Shown piece after piece: positions 37,929 through 49,800 of a stretch of DNA of 64,000 bases (position 1 is its first letter; every line of letters starts with the position of its first letter). The DNA is from Lama glama (lineage: Eukaryota). The position numbers and the translations under genes were made by a program. The stretch covers positions 22,818,001 through 22,882,000 of the forward strand of contig CM052818.1 of the NCBI GenBank assembly GCA_028534125.1. Reading direction: 5' to 3'. Below the pieces are notes generated by a model. That model searched no databases and was not told the origin of the DNA. It saw only the letters and a list, made by a program, of their open reading frames with translations.

Positions 37929-39452
37929 TAGCATGGATTTATTTTTTCTTACCTATTTTGATTAAGGCTTTGTGATTTATGCAAATAATAGGCAGGTGAT
38001 AGCACCCCCATATTACTAATAAAAATAAGAAAACCATCAATTTTGCTGGCACTAAGAACTCTTCATGAGAATGTCTTGTCTCCCCAAGTAAATTATAACT
38101 CCTCCGAGGGCTGGGACCCTCTCTCTCATGCACACCTTCATATCCCCACAGCATGTGTGATAGACTTGGGTGCAAACTGTTGACTGATCTGGGAAAAGGA
38201 ACTGCTGTGCAAAGAGACAAAGAGAAGTGTCTACCTGTATGTATAGGCATAGAGCCACACGTGTGAATATACAAGAAGACCTTGAGGCTGCCCTTAAGTA
38301 ACTAGTAAGACGTCTCTTGTTGGTGATGCCAGACTTTTCATAGGGCCACGTCTCATAAAGGAGCAAGTTGGGTCAATGCTCATGGCGGTTCAGCCACCCA
38401 TGTACTAAGGATGATGATGAGACCTGATAGAACAGTTCATGAGTGAAAAAATATATATCATGGATGTTAGAGCTTTTTTTAGGAACAAAGGCATTTTCTT
38501 TTAACTTTCCTTGAATGTTACTGCCTTAAAAAATAATGATTGAGTGGGACTTCTTTCTTAGTTGCACTTTTAGAGATTTCTCATAAGTCAGTCTTTCGGG
38601 CAGCAATGCTTTCATTAGGACCTATATTACTGGTACCAGTAAGTCAGATATTATCTTAAATTAGGATACACAATGAGGAAAGCCCAAATGCTTGTTCTGA
38701 TTTTACTGCACCTGAGCTTATGTGACTTATCTTCTATATAATTTGTTTTGTATCCTCTACACTGGAATTTTTCAGGATTAAATATCCAAGATTAGGGAGC
38801 ATATCTGAAAGTGAACATACTCTAACAATTCAAGGCCTTCTCTATCTTTTTTCTTTAATGATTCTTTTGTTATTGCTGGTTGCAGCATCTGCATTTGCTT
38901 TGCTCTTGGGTTTTGTGGTTTCTCGTAAGCACACATTTCTGAGTTCTTACTTTCTTAAAAATGTAGAAATATCTTTTTTCATGGTGACTGTCAGTACATC
39001 AAAGTAATGCTTCCTGTTTTTAAACTTGTGTCCAGATGTCTTAGGTATCCACTTAAATCTAAGAGGAGGAGAGAGACGATTAGGTTGGATGTTGGTATTG
39101 AAAGAATTTTCTCTGTTGGCTTGATATTTTCTAGAAGCAGCTTATTTTTCCCCTTTACTATAGAAATGAAAAATAGAAGAACCTGAAAACACCTAGCTCT
39201 GTTTTACTCTTAAGCTTATATGACCCCAAACAACGCATAGCTTAACAAAATACTTCCAGAGTCCTTTGACCTTACATAAATGTACATTCACTTATGGTAT
39301 GCAATATACATTCCAATCAAGTATGGTATAAATATTCATAGGGTAATCATAAATTACAACTGAAAGGTCCTCAAGACCTTCTGTCTACCTTGTCCCTTCC
39401 TATGTCTTTTATCCTGTCCAAACGTGGATTGTGATTTAGCCATTGTCACACA

Positions 39453-39567
39453 TAGGGAGACCAACTTGTCCTGGTTTGCCTGGGACTTTCTTGGCTTTGG
39501 CACTAAACACACCTCCATCCTGGGAAATCCCTTAGTCTCAGGTGAACTGGGATAGTTGGTCACGCTA
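39453..39567. mobile_element. MER81-like hAT MITE
   Basis: About 115 bp with terminal inverted repeats tagggagaccaac ... gttggtcacgcta. Confidence 0.75.
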
Positions 39568-42500
39568 GTGACCAACCAAAAACCTGGTTTTCAGGCTTTT
39601 GATTCAGTACTCATTGGACATACTTTTTTTTTTTTTTTGGTAACATCAGAAGGCAAGGACTGCTCTTAAAAACATTTTCTTTGGGGCATTGGAGTCCCTT
39701 TTTATAGGACAAATAAAAATTGGATATTGCTTTTAGATGCTCCAGATGTCAGGAAGGAGGACTTGCGACCAGTGTATAGGGACTCAAATTTTCAAGAGAG
39801 TTTTTAAATTGTAGAACTTCATGGTTGTACAGCCATTCACATATACACAAATAAGTGCAGTTATTTCATAGTTTACCATTGCCAGGTTGAGAAATATCAT
39901 AGCTGAAGAGGAAGAAACATGGGGTGATGCTTTAATGGAATGTTCTGGAAAAGTTCCGTTTTGGTCAGGGAAGGTGGCATCACACTTCTCTGTTTGTTCA
40001 GCATGTGTTCATATGGTGTTTTGCTTCCTGCCTTTCCAGACCCATCTGTCCTCAGAGGACTGGGCGTATCAGTTCTGCCCCTGAAAGTAAACTAATAACT
40101 TGCTGCCCCGTGTTGTGGAGCCTTCCACAGTCTTGTGAAATGTCATCAGAAAGCATGATTGTATTGTCCCATTCTGTCATTAACTTTTTTTTCTTTTAAC
40201 AATGCCCCACTTATGCCTAAACTTTCAGATTTTTCTAGTTCTCCCAGACATTCCCAATAAGCACTTCAACTTTTGACTATAGGCGTAGCTCAATTGTCAG
40301 TTTATTATTTCTTAGTGTATTGAACTGGATAATCTGCATTTGTGCTGTAATTTAAACATATTAATTTTACATAGCTTTGGTGAGAGTGCTTTTGATTTAT
40401 ATTTAAAAATATCAACACTAGACCAAATATAGAGTGAAAGCATAAGTCACGCTTAGTGGACGAAAGCTAGAGGGAAGATACATTATTTGGAGTTCACCTA
40501 CCAGGACTGAGTAATAATACTATGTCATTTATGTCCTAAACACTACTCTTACTTTATTTATGCAACACTGTATTAAAACTAAAACTAAAATTTCCTATAA
40601 TTTTGTATTGGGTAGGATTTTTTCCCCCCAGCCTGCAATTATTTTGATTGTTTTGAAATAATTCTGTAATTCTGCCCATGACAGAGTTGAGGCTATTTGT
40701 TGTATGCATTGTTATAAAGTGTCTTTTTTTTTTTTTACATTAAAGAAGTATAAGTAATGGCAGGTGTTTTTGCTGTAGTAAAATAGTGATTTGTTCAACT
40801 TAACATATTGCTTTTTAACTGTATTTTACAAGCTTGATCTTGCAGCTCTAGTGGAATTCCAAGCTTTCCTTTTCTATACTTCAGAGGGCAGGAGAATTTT
40901 ACTTCTTTTGTGGAGAGCAGTACTTGAGTTATAAATCCTCGACTCTGATGTAAGAGAAGTGTGTGTGTGGCAGGGGAGCATAGCTATGCATATTTTTTTC
41001 TCATTTTTTAAAGCCATAGCTGCTCTTTCATATGAAACATTTGGAAGTAAAATGCAAAATCATGAAGTCAGTGTAAGGCTTAGCTTTCAGGTCCATGTGA
41101 AAGGTTGTTTATTTTTGTTCATTGGACAGAAGTGTAAAGTTTAGATTTTTCTGCATTGAGATAAACTGCCTAACTTCTTATCTGTATTGTTATTCATTCA
41201 GCAATCTTTATCTTTGGACAGGTTTTTTTTGAATAAGTAATACGAATTATATAAGTAGTATAATTTTAAAATTAGAATAATGGTTATGGTCCCCTTGAAA
41301 GCTTTGGCTTAACGTAAGGGAGATCACCTTTAATTAGCTCTTCCAGTTAACTCAGTTTAAAAAGGTCAGAAAGAAATTTAGTATGTGTATGTTTGGTTTT
41401 CTTAAATACAGTTTTTATTTATGCATTTTTCTTTGCTGCAGTGCAAGACAATATAGGGAGACTGTAGCATGCAAGAAATTATTAGGTGCATCCACTTTTT
41501 ATAATAAATCGGTTTCCAAACATTTGTATAAAAAAAGTTTTATAAACTTTATCTCATTTCATATACACAATAGTGGATGTGTACAGGAATTTACTGAGGG
41601 AATCCTTTGAACCTGTGGGTCATCCTTCTGTTGCGTTATTATCCCTTGAGCTATGTTTTTTGTTTTTTATTTTTTCTTCATCATTCTATTTATTACTTGT
41701 ATGAATATTAACATCTCATGGCATCCATCTAATTCAATCAAAACCAACAAAGGAAAAAAGATTAACCATGTTTCAAATTAACATTCTTACAGATCCCCCT
41801 GTAACTTAAAATAGAAGTATGTTCATCTGCATTAAATCATTTGATAAATTTGAAAAATGTCATTTAAAAAAAATCACCGTTAGTACTTAAATATATTTGT
41901 TAATCATTTGATGGCATCAGTGTCCAAGTTCAATAAAAGTTGCTTTATTAGGTACTTTTCAAAAATGGACATCTGGATGATTCTCTATAGTTGGAGATAG
42001 ATATATGCAAATATGTCCTATTTTTTTTTTAAATTTTTTTCAAATCTGGCTTTTCAATTTGAGAAAAGTCCTCCAGTGCTCTCACAACCCCCTTTTGAAG
42101 GATGAAACTCAGACTTCGCTTCTTTAATCAAGGGAAGCCACTAGAAAAAAACCTTATGTTGAAGTTGCTGTTTAATTCCATTTTTCACCCAATAAAAAGT
42201 ACAGAAACACTGTCTTTGATGGTATGCATAAATATTACACTCCATGAATAGCAAAAATATCTTTTTATTTATAATTTAGTTTCACAAGTGAAAATCATAC
42301 ATTTTTACACATATAATTTCATTTTGTTAAATTTGCACACATCTACAGAACTTTCACACGACAAGCACCTGAAACTGTGCAGGCAGCAGGAAATGCAAAT
42401 ACTAAAATGTATTTATTAACCAAATGATAGCTGAAGGCCCTGCCTCAGCTGGACAATTTACATAGATATACGTCTATATATACATAAAAAATTCACCTTC

Positions 42501-43079
42501 TAGATCCAACAGCATGAGGTATGTTTTTTAGATTTCTTTTCGTATATGTAAGAATGAGGTCTCTTGTGAATGGCATACTTGCACAGAGATCAGAATCATC
42601 AAATTATTGAAAAGCTGCTAGTTGTGAAATCAAATTTGAGGAATTAAAACATTTGACTTAATGAGGATTTTTGTCAGTCAATAAAAGCATGTGATTTCAT
42701 GATCCCTTAAAAATTTTCTCAGGGGTCACTGGACTTGAAAGGATTTATACCTTCTTCTGGTTTTCTGTTCTAAATGTTTTCTTCTTTTACTTCTTTCAGT
42801 TTAATAGTTCATGTCCTATTCTGTTTAAAACCCACACAAGTGAGGTTAAGCATGTCTTTACCATGCCAAGAGGCAAGTGAGTGACTAGGAAAACAGGTAA
42901 GAAATAGTTACTGGATATTTGACTAAACTGATCAATCAGTTGTTAGCATTGTGATTTTGTTAATAAGCATCAGGCTATTTTGGAAGGTTAGTTAGGGGAG
43001 TTAAAATGTGGAACTAAATAAATATGAGGTTGTCCTAACAATGTGTTGGGTTTTTGTTGTTGTTGTTGTTTGTTTTTTA

Positions 43080-45620
43080 GAAATTGTGATATAATTCACA
43101 TGTCATAAAATATCTCATTTTAAAGTATATAATTCTGTGTTTTTTTAGCATATTCACAGAGCTATGCAACCATCACCACTAAGTGTTCTAATTCTAGAGC
43201 ATTTTCATTTATTCCATACTCATTTGCAGTAACTCCCCATTCCTCCCTTACCCATCTCCTGGTAGCACTAATCTGCTTTCTGGCTCTATGGATTTGCCTG
43301 TTCTGGATATTTTGTATAAATGGAAACATGGCCATTGTGTCTGCCTTCTTCCAGTTGGCACACTGTTTTCAAAGTTCATCCATGTTGTAGCATGTATCAA
43401 TACTTCATTTTTTGTATTGCTAAATAATATTCTTCTGTATGGATATACCACATTTTGTTTATCCATTTCTTTTTTGATGGACATTTGGGCTGTTTCTACT
43501 TTTTGGCTGTTAAGAACAATGCTGTTATGAACATACATGTACAAGTTTTTGTGTGAACATACATTTTGCATTCCCTTGTTATATACTTAAGAATGAAACT
43601 TTTTGAGGAACTATCCTACTGTTTTCCAAAGCAGGTGAACAATTTAACATTCCCACTGGCACTGTATGAGGATTTCTGTTTCCTCACATCCTCCCCAATT
43701 CTTATTTTCCTTCTTTATTCCCCCCATGATAGCCATCCTAGTTCGTGTGAGTTAGTATCTAATTGTGATTTTTCATTTGCATTTCCTAATGATGATGAGC
43801 ATTTTTTCATGTGCTTATTGATTATTTATATATCCTTTAAGAAGAAAGATCTATTCAAATTCTTTGCCCATTTAAAAAAATTGATTTTTTTGATTGATTG
43901 AAAATACATTTATTTCTTCTTTATTCTTTTTTTTAAGACATTTTTTATTGAGTTATAGTCATTTTACAATGTTGTGTCAAATTCCAGTTTAGATACTGAC
44001 AAGCATATAAAAAATGGACTTTTTAACTGAATTTTTTAGTTGAAGTTTATGTATTTTGGATGCTGAACTCTTATCAGATATATGATTTGCAGATATTTTC
44101 TCTCCAACTAAGGGGTTGTCTTTTCATTTTCTTAATGATATTTTCAGCATACAAGTTTTAATTTTTGATGTAGTCCGATTTATTTTTTCTCACCTCTTGT
44201 GCTTTTGGTATTGTATCTTAAGAAATTTAAGGTAATGAAAATTTACTCCTCTGTTTCCTTCTAAAAAGTTTTATAGTTTTAGCTCTTACTTTCACATCTC
44301 TGATCCATTTTAAATTAATTTTTGTATCTGGTGTGAGGTAGGGGTCCACTTCATTCTTTTTGAGGTGGATATGTATTTGTCCCTGTATCATATATTGAAA
44401 AGACCATTTTTTCCCCACTATTGAATAGGTATTGGCATACTTGTCAAAAACTGGATGACCACAGATGTGTGGGTTTATCTGGACTCTCAGTTATTTTCCA
44501 TTGATCTATATGTCTGTTCTTATGCCAAAACCACACTGAAGACTGTAGTTTGGAAGTCAGGAAGTATCAGTTCCTCTTCTTTTACAAGATTGTTTTGGCT
44601 GAGCTTCTTGCATTTCCGTACAAATTTTAGAATCAGCTTATCCATTTCTACAAAAAAGGAAGTTGGAATTTTGGTAGAGATCACACTGAATCGGTAGATA
44701 AATTAGGGAAGTTTTTCCATCATAACACTATTAAAGAAACAGACTCACAGACATAGAAAACAAACTTATGGTTATTGGGGGGAAAGAGGGTGGGGAGGGA
44801 CAAATTGGGAGCTTGAGATTTGCAGATACTAACTACTGTATATAAAATAGATAAACAACAAATTCATACTGTATAGCACAGGGAACTATATTCAATATCT
44901 TGTAACTTGTGGTGAAAAAGAATATGAAAATGAATCTGTATGTTCATTTATGACTAAAGAATTATGCTGTATATCAGAAATTGACACAACATTATAAACT
45001 GACTGTACTTCAATATAAATATATATATATATTAAAAAACCAAAAACAATATTAAGTCTTCCAACCATGGAAGTAGGATGTCTCTCCGTTTACTTAAGTC
45101 TTTAATTTCTCCCAATGTTGTATAGTTTTCAGTGTACAAGTCTTATGCTTCTTTGATTTAATTTATCCTTAAGTATTTATTCTTTTTGGTGCTATTATAA
45201 ATGGAATTGTGTTCTTAATTTCTTTTTCAGATTGTTCATTGCTGGTGTATAGATATACAACTGATTTTTATATATTGATCTAGTATCCTATAACCTTGTT
45301 GAATTTATTAACTCTAGTAGTTTTTTGAGGATTCTTTAGTATTTTCTATACATAAGATCATGTTATCTGCAAAGAGAGATAGTTTTACTTCTTACTTCCT
45401 TTTTTTCCTTTGTCTTGCCTAATTACCCTGGCTAGAACTGCTAGTATAGTGTCAAATAGAAATGATGAGAATGGACATCCTTTTCTTATTTCTGATCTTG
45501 GGGGGGAAACTTCCAGTCTCCCACCATTAATGTTAGCTGTGGGTTCTTCATAGATGCCCTTGATCAGCTTGAGGGATTGAGTGTTTTTATGATAAAAGGG
45601 TGCTGGATTCTAACAATGTG
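43080..45620 (-). mobile_element. Older L1M fragment with younger L1 3' ends nested inside (about 43930-43990 minus; about 44735-45045 plus)
   Basis: Continuous antisense L1 ORF2/3'UTR text. The nested plus-strand 3' end is flanked by aaca(c/a)tattaa repeats. Confidence 0.85.
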
Positions 45621-46253
45621 TTTTAATGAAGAGATGGACAGATTTTGTTGTGAGTGGAGTTGTTGTACCGTCTGTGTCAGGAAATAAATTTTCTTAGAGT
45701 TTCTAAATCTGTACAAGATACTAATCAGGTTGAAGCCATAGAAGTGCTTGTTGATGGTTTTACAGTTCTTCAATTGATATACATGTCATGGTTTCTAAGA
45801 CCGTTACTGATTCTCTTCATTAAACCAAGTTAATTTGAATTTGTGTTCACTTGCCTGAAGATACAGAGACACCAGATGCAAGAGAGATAATTTGTTTCTG
45901 TTGGTTGGTTGATTTTAATGCCTCTTTATTACCTGACTTTTTGCTTCTCACAATCAGATGTTCTAGGAATACAAGGAGAATGCCTGAGGGTGTGGTTAAA
46001 GGTGGACTGTATCTCCCTGAATAGTCAGGGATAGAGCTCTTGCAGTTTTCTTCTTTTACTTGTCTTGGGGTTACTTTGGCAGAAAAGCTCCAGTAGCCTG
46101 TTGGAGCCTCCTGGAATTGGGTTTCCTGCACATTTCCATAGTACTTCCAGGAAGTGCAAGTTATCACTGAATTACTGGGATAGGGGAAGAAGCCATCTCA
46201 AAAACAACACTTGATAGTTAATTAACCTGCAGCATTGCTGTAGGAAAAGTTTT

Positions 46254-46313
46254 TATTATTATTATTATTATTATTGTTGTTGTTATTATTACTATTATTA
46301 TTATTATTATTAT
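46254..46313. repeat. (TAT)n/(TGT)n microsatellite
   Basis: Visible trinucleotide repeat. Confidence 0.9.
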
Positions 46314-46679
46314 TTTAAATCCTTTGTCTGCACGTAGTATGAGCTTTTGCCTAACTGCTGTGCTGGGCCCTGTGGGGTACACAGAGATGACCATCTGCTG
46401 GCCTCACCCTGGCAGATGCCCTTTGAAAAAAACCCTCCTGTTCTGCTCAGAAGACCTATTCTGATGTTCCTTTACACAATTATGAAACCCAGATTGTTTA
46501 ATGTAGTCCCTTGCCATGAATATAATCATTCTGAAATTCCTCTAGGAAATTATGTCCGTGAAATAATTGGAGAAAACTTCAATGTTATTTGTTTACAAAT
46601 AAACAACACTTCCCCAGATGGTTTGGAAGATCACCTGCAAGGTCAAATTTTCAAGTCTGACTAACTTTAAAAATTTTTT

Positions 46680-46818
46680 TAGCTTTTTAAATTTCTTGGA
46701 GGGGGAAGTAATTAGATTTATTTACTTACTTATTTTTAGAGGAGGTACTGGATATTGAACCCAGGGCCTCGTGCATGCCAGGCACGCGCTCTACCACTTG
46801 AACTATACCCTCCTCCCA
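46680..46818 (-). mobile_element. tRNA-derived SINE (camelid-type)
   Basis: Same family head and tail on the reverse strand. Confidence 0.85.
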
Positions 46819-49800
46819 ATTTAATAGATGGAGCCCCACTGGCATTTTTTCCATCAGTTGTATTGTTGGTGTAATGTGTGACTGAATACTTACAGTTCTC
46901 TAATTTTGTACAGATGCTTCTTTGGTTAATGACTACATTTTTAATAAATCTCATGAATGTGCTGGGTGAATGTTAATAATCTTCAATGCACATGTGAATA
47001 TCAAACCTAATGGAGTAATGATCCAAGATTTTGGGCATGCTACATCTGTAATGTTGCATATTTACCAGGGATGTTTAGAGAAAAAAGGTTTCAAAGAGAG
47101 GTGTACTTTCCTACTAAAGTGTTCAGCACTACTCTTAACAACTGTTCTTAGAAATAGTAGGATTCCCAGTCCTACAGTCATTGAATGCTTGAATAATAGC
47201 CACAATTCCTAGAACTTACAAGGTAATGAAAATGATGGCAACTTTTTCATGAGAAATAATATACTAATGTTTCAGAATTATTTTATTTTTGTTTAATACT
47301 TTTATTAAGTATTCTGAAAATAAATCTCTGACCCTAGTTGGTCATCCTAAAAATGAAAATTTAATGAGAGAAAAAAAAAACTATAACTAGTAATATATAC
47401 AGGGAACGTGCAGGTCTCCGGAGGTAATGGGCGTTAATTGTAGAGTTGTGGCAGCAGCTCCATGATCGAGTCTGGTGGTTCTGTAGTCTCCCCTCCCACC
47501 TTTCAGGGTTGGCATTACTCCCAGCAGTGTGGCATCTCTGTACCTCTCCAGTACCTTCTCCACTTGTTGGCTTCCACTGATTGAGTCTCTTCTTTTCCCC
47601 CTATTCAAATTCCAGCGTGGCATTGGCTTAGCCTTATCACCACCCAGGGTTGGGGAGTGGTTTTCCGAGCTCAGGGAAAACAGTATTTTTGAGGTGGGCT
47701 GTTGCTGTGTGCAGGGCAGTTTCCGTGAGAAGGAGCTATTGGATGTGCCATAATATCGTCTTCTAGCCGCTGCACAGAACTGCACCCTGGGCCATCACGT
47801 TTATGGCGTTTTGCCAGTTGGGTGTGATGAAAAGGCGGTAGCAAGTACTTAGTGATTGGCCTTGTCTGATGCACTCAAAGGAGAAAGCTCTGTGTGTAGC
47901 TGATTAGCCACAGTTATAGGAGTGAATCATTCCGTGGGCAAAAGCTGTTGCTGGTTTGTGGATGTCTCCAGAAGTGAGGGTGTGTGAAGTCAGTGGCACA
48001 TTGGACTGATTACTAAATAGGCAGATTTCTAGCTCCCTTCGAATGAAGGAGCACTTAACTTGGTGTGTACACTTACCGCTCCTTTAACCCCACCCCCTGA
48101 TATTAACTAGTGTCAGTACAGTTTTGCAAAGGAGCAAAACTGAATTTGATGCCAATGAAGACTTGAGGGTGCTTTGTGCCTGTTCCTGAAGGAATCAGGA
48201 GGAAATTACACAACCGGATGATGCTTGACATCACTGTGAAACTGGAATTTAGGTTGTGGATCTTTCTGTTTACTCTGTGTATACCTGTTTCAATGGAAAC
48301 TTCCATTCCTCCATCAATCTTAAATTCCTTTTGGTCATATGCTATCAAGAATGAGGTTACTAAAATGTTTGCTCCTGAATTTTCCAAGATTTTCCAAATT
48401 TTGGATATTGTTTGTCATTATTGTTATTATTTATTCCCTTACATAATCTACGTTTTTTGAATCCCATTTTGTTTCCCTTTTTTTTAAAAAAAAAAAACCT
48501 CACTTCGAAATTTAATAAGCAATTCCTGCTGAACTTCCCTTTAAAACAATATTTTTCTAGAGCACTTGATTAGATTATTAAGTGAAAATAATTAGAATAT
48601 CTTTTCTTTTAGTGTCACTGGGACTTTGACAGAGGAAACGAGTGCTGCAGTTCTCAAACTAAAAAAAATTTATCTTGTCATTAGTTTACCTTTGTATTCA
48701 GGCATAATGCATACTGTCTATTTGCATTTTAAGGAAAACATTTTAATGTGAATATAGTTAGTAATCAGATTTTTTTCACTGAATGTCATTCTGTCAAACT
48801 ATCCTCTAATTAAAAATACTTAGACACTGTAAATTTTTGGACTAGAGCAGAAATCTGAGGTGTATTTTTTCCACTTTATGTAGTATCAATCATTTTTCAC
48901 TTTTAGGACCCAAAACTGATGGCTTAAACATGTTAATGCACCAAATGGCTTATGACTTAGATTTATAGTATCTCTCATTTTATTATACAGCCACTGACTG
49001 GAAATATCCAAAGATAAACTGTTATACTGTTTCTAACTTGAAAGTAAAGAATGGATCTACTTTTGTAAAGGTCACAGAATGTAGATTTTAAAATATATTA
49101 TACATACCAAAATACAGATTATTTTCCACTTAAATTATTTATGTAAAGGTAAATGTGTGTTTGTTTTGCTCTAAAAAGCACCTTATACCTTTAGTCATTT
49201 TATATCACAGTAGTTCAGTTTTATGTTTAAAAAATGACAGGAAAACTTTTAATTTGATGTATTTTAAATTGCGCTCTATGCCTGAGTTTAATTTTGCTCA
49301 ATAAAACCTCGCTGTCCCTCATGAGACCAAGTCCTTTCTCTTTAATTCAGAATAGCTTGAATTTTGATGCACATTTCTGCTATTTTCAGACCAAGCTGTA
49401 GTAGCCTTACATCAAAGGTAGCCTTATGTGGAGAGCCTTATTGTAACATTTTTGGCTTATTTAATTTCTGATGTCTTTTCTAGAATTCAGAATCTTGGAT
49501 GTTTCTGGACATATAAGAACTTTGAGAAGAGTTCTCTATTTAATTATGGGTAAAATATGTTAAGCACATGGAGAATGTCTTTACACTTTCTGACATTTGT
49601 ATTTGTGTTAAGTAAAGGTATACCTCAGTTTTTTGTTGAATATTGCACTGTCATATGATAAAGTTCACCAATGGGTAAATTGCTATGTATGTATGTGATA
49701 AAGATACTTGCCTTAAAATAGAGCACTTCTGTTTTGCAAAGTATATGGTCAAATTGTCTTTCCAGTTACTCACATTTCTGTGTGCCTGGTGAATGCAGGC

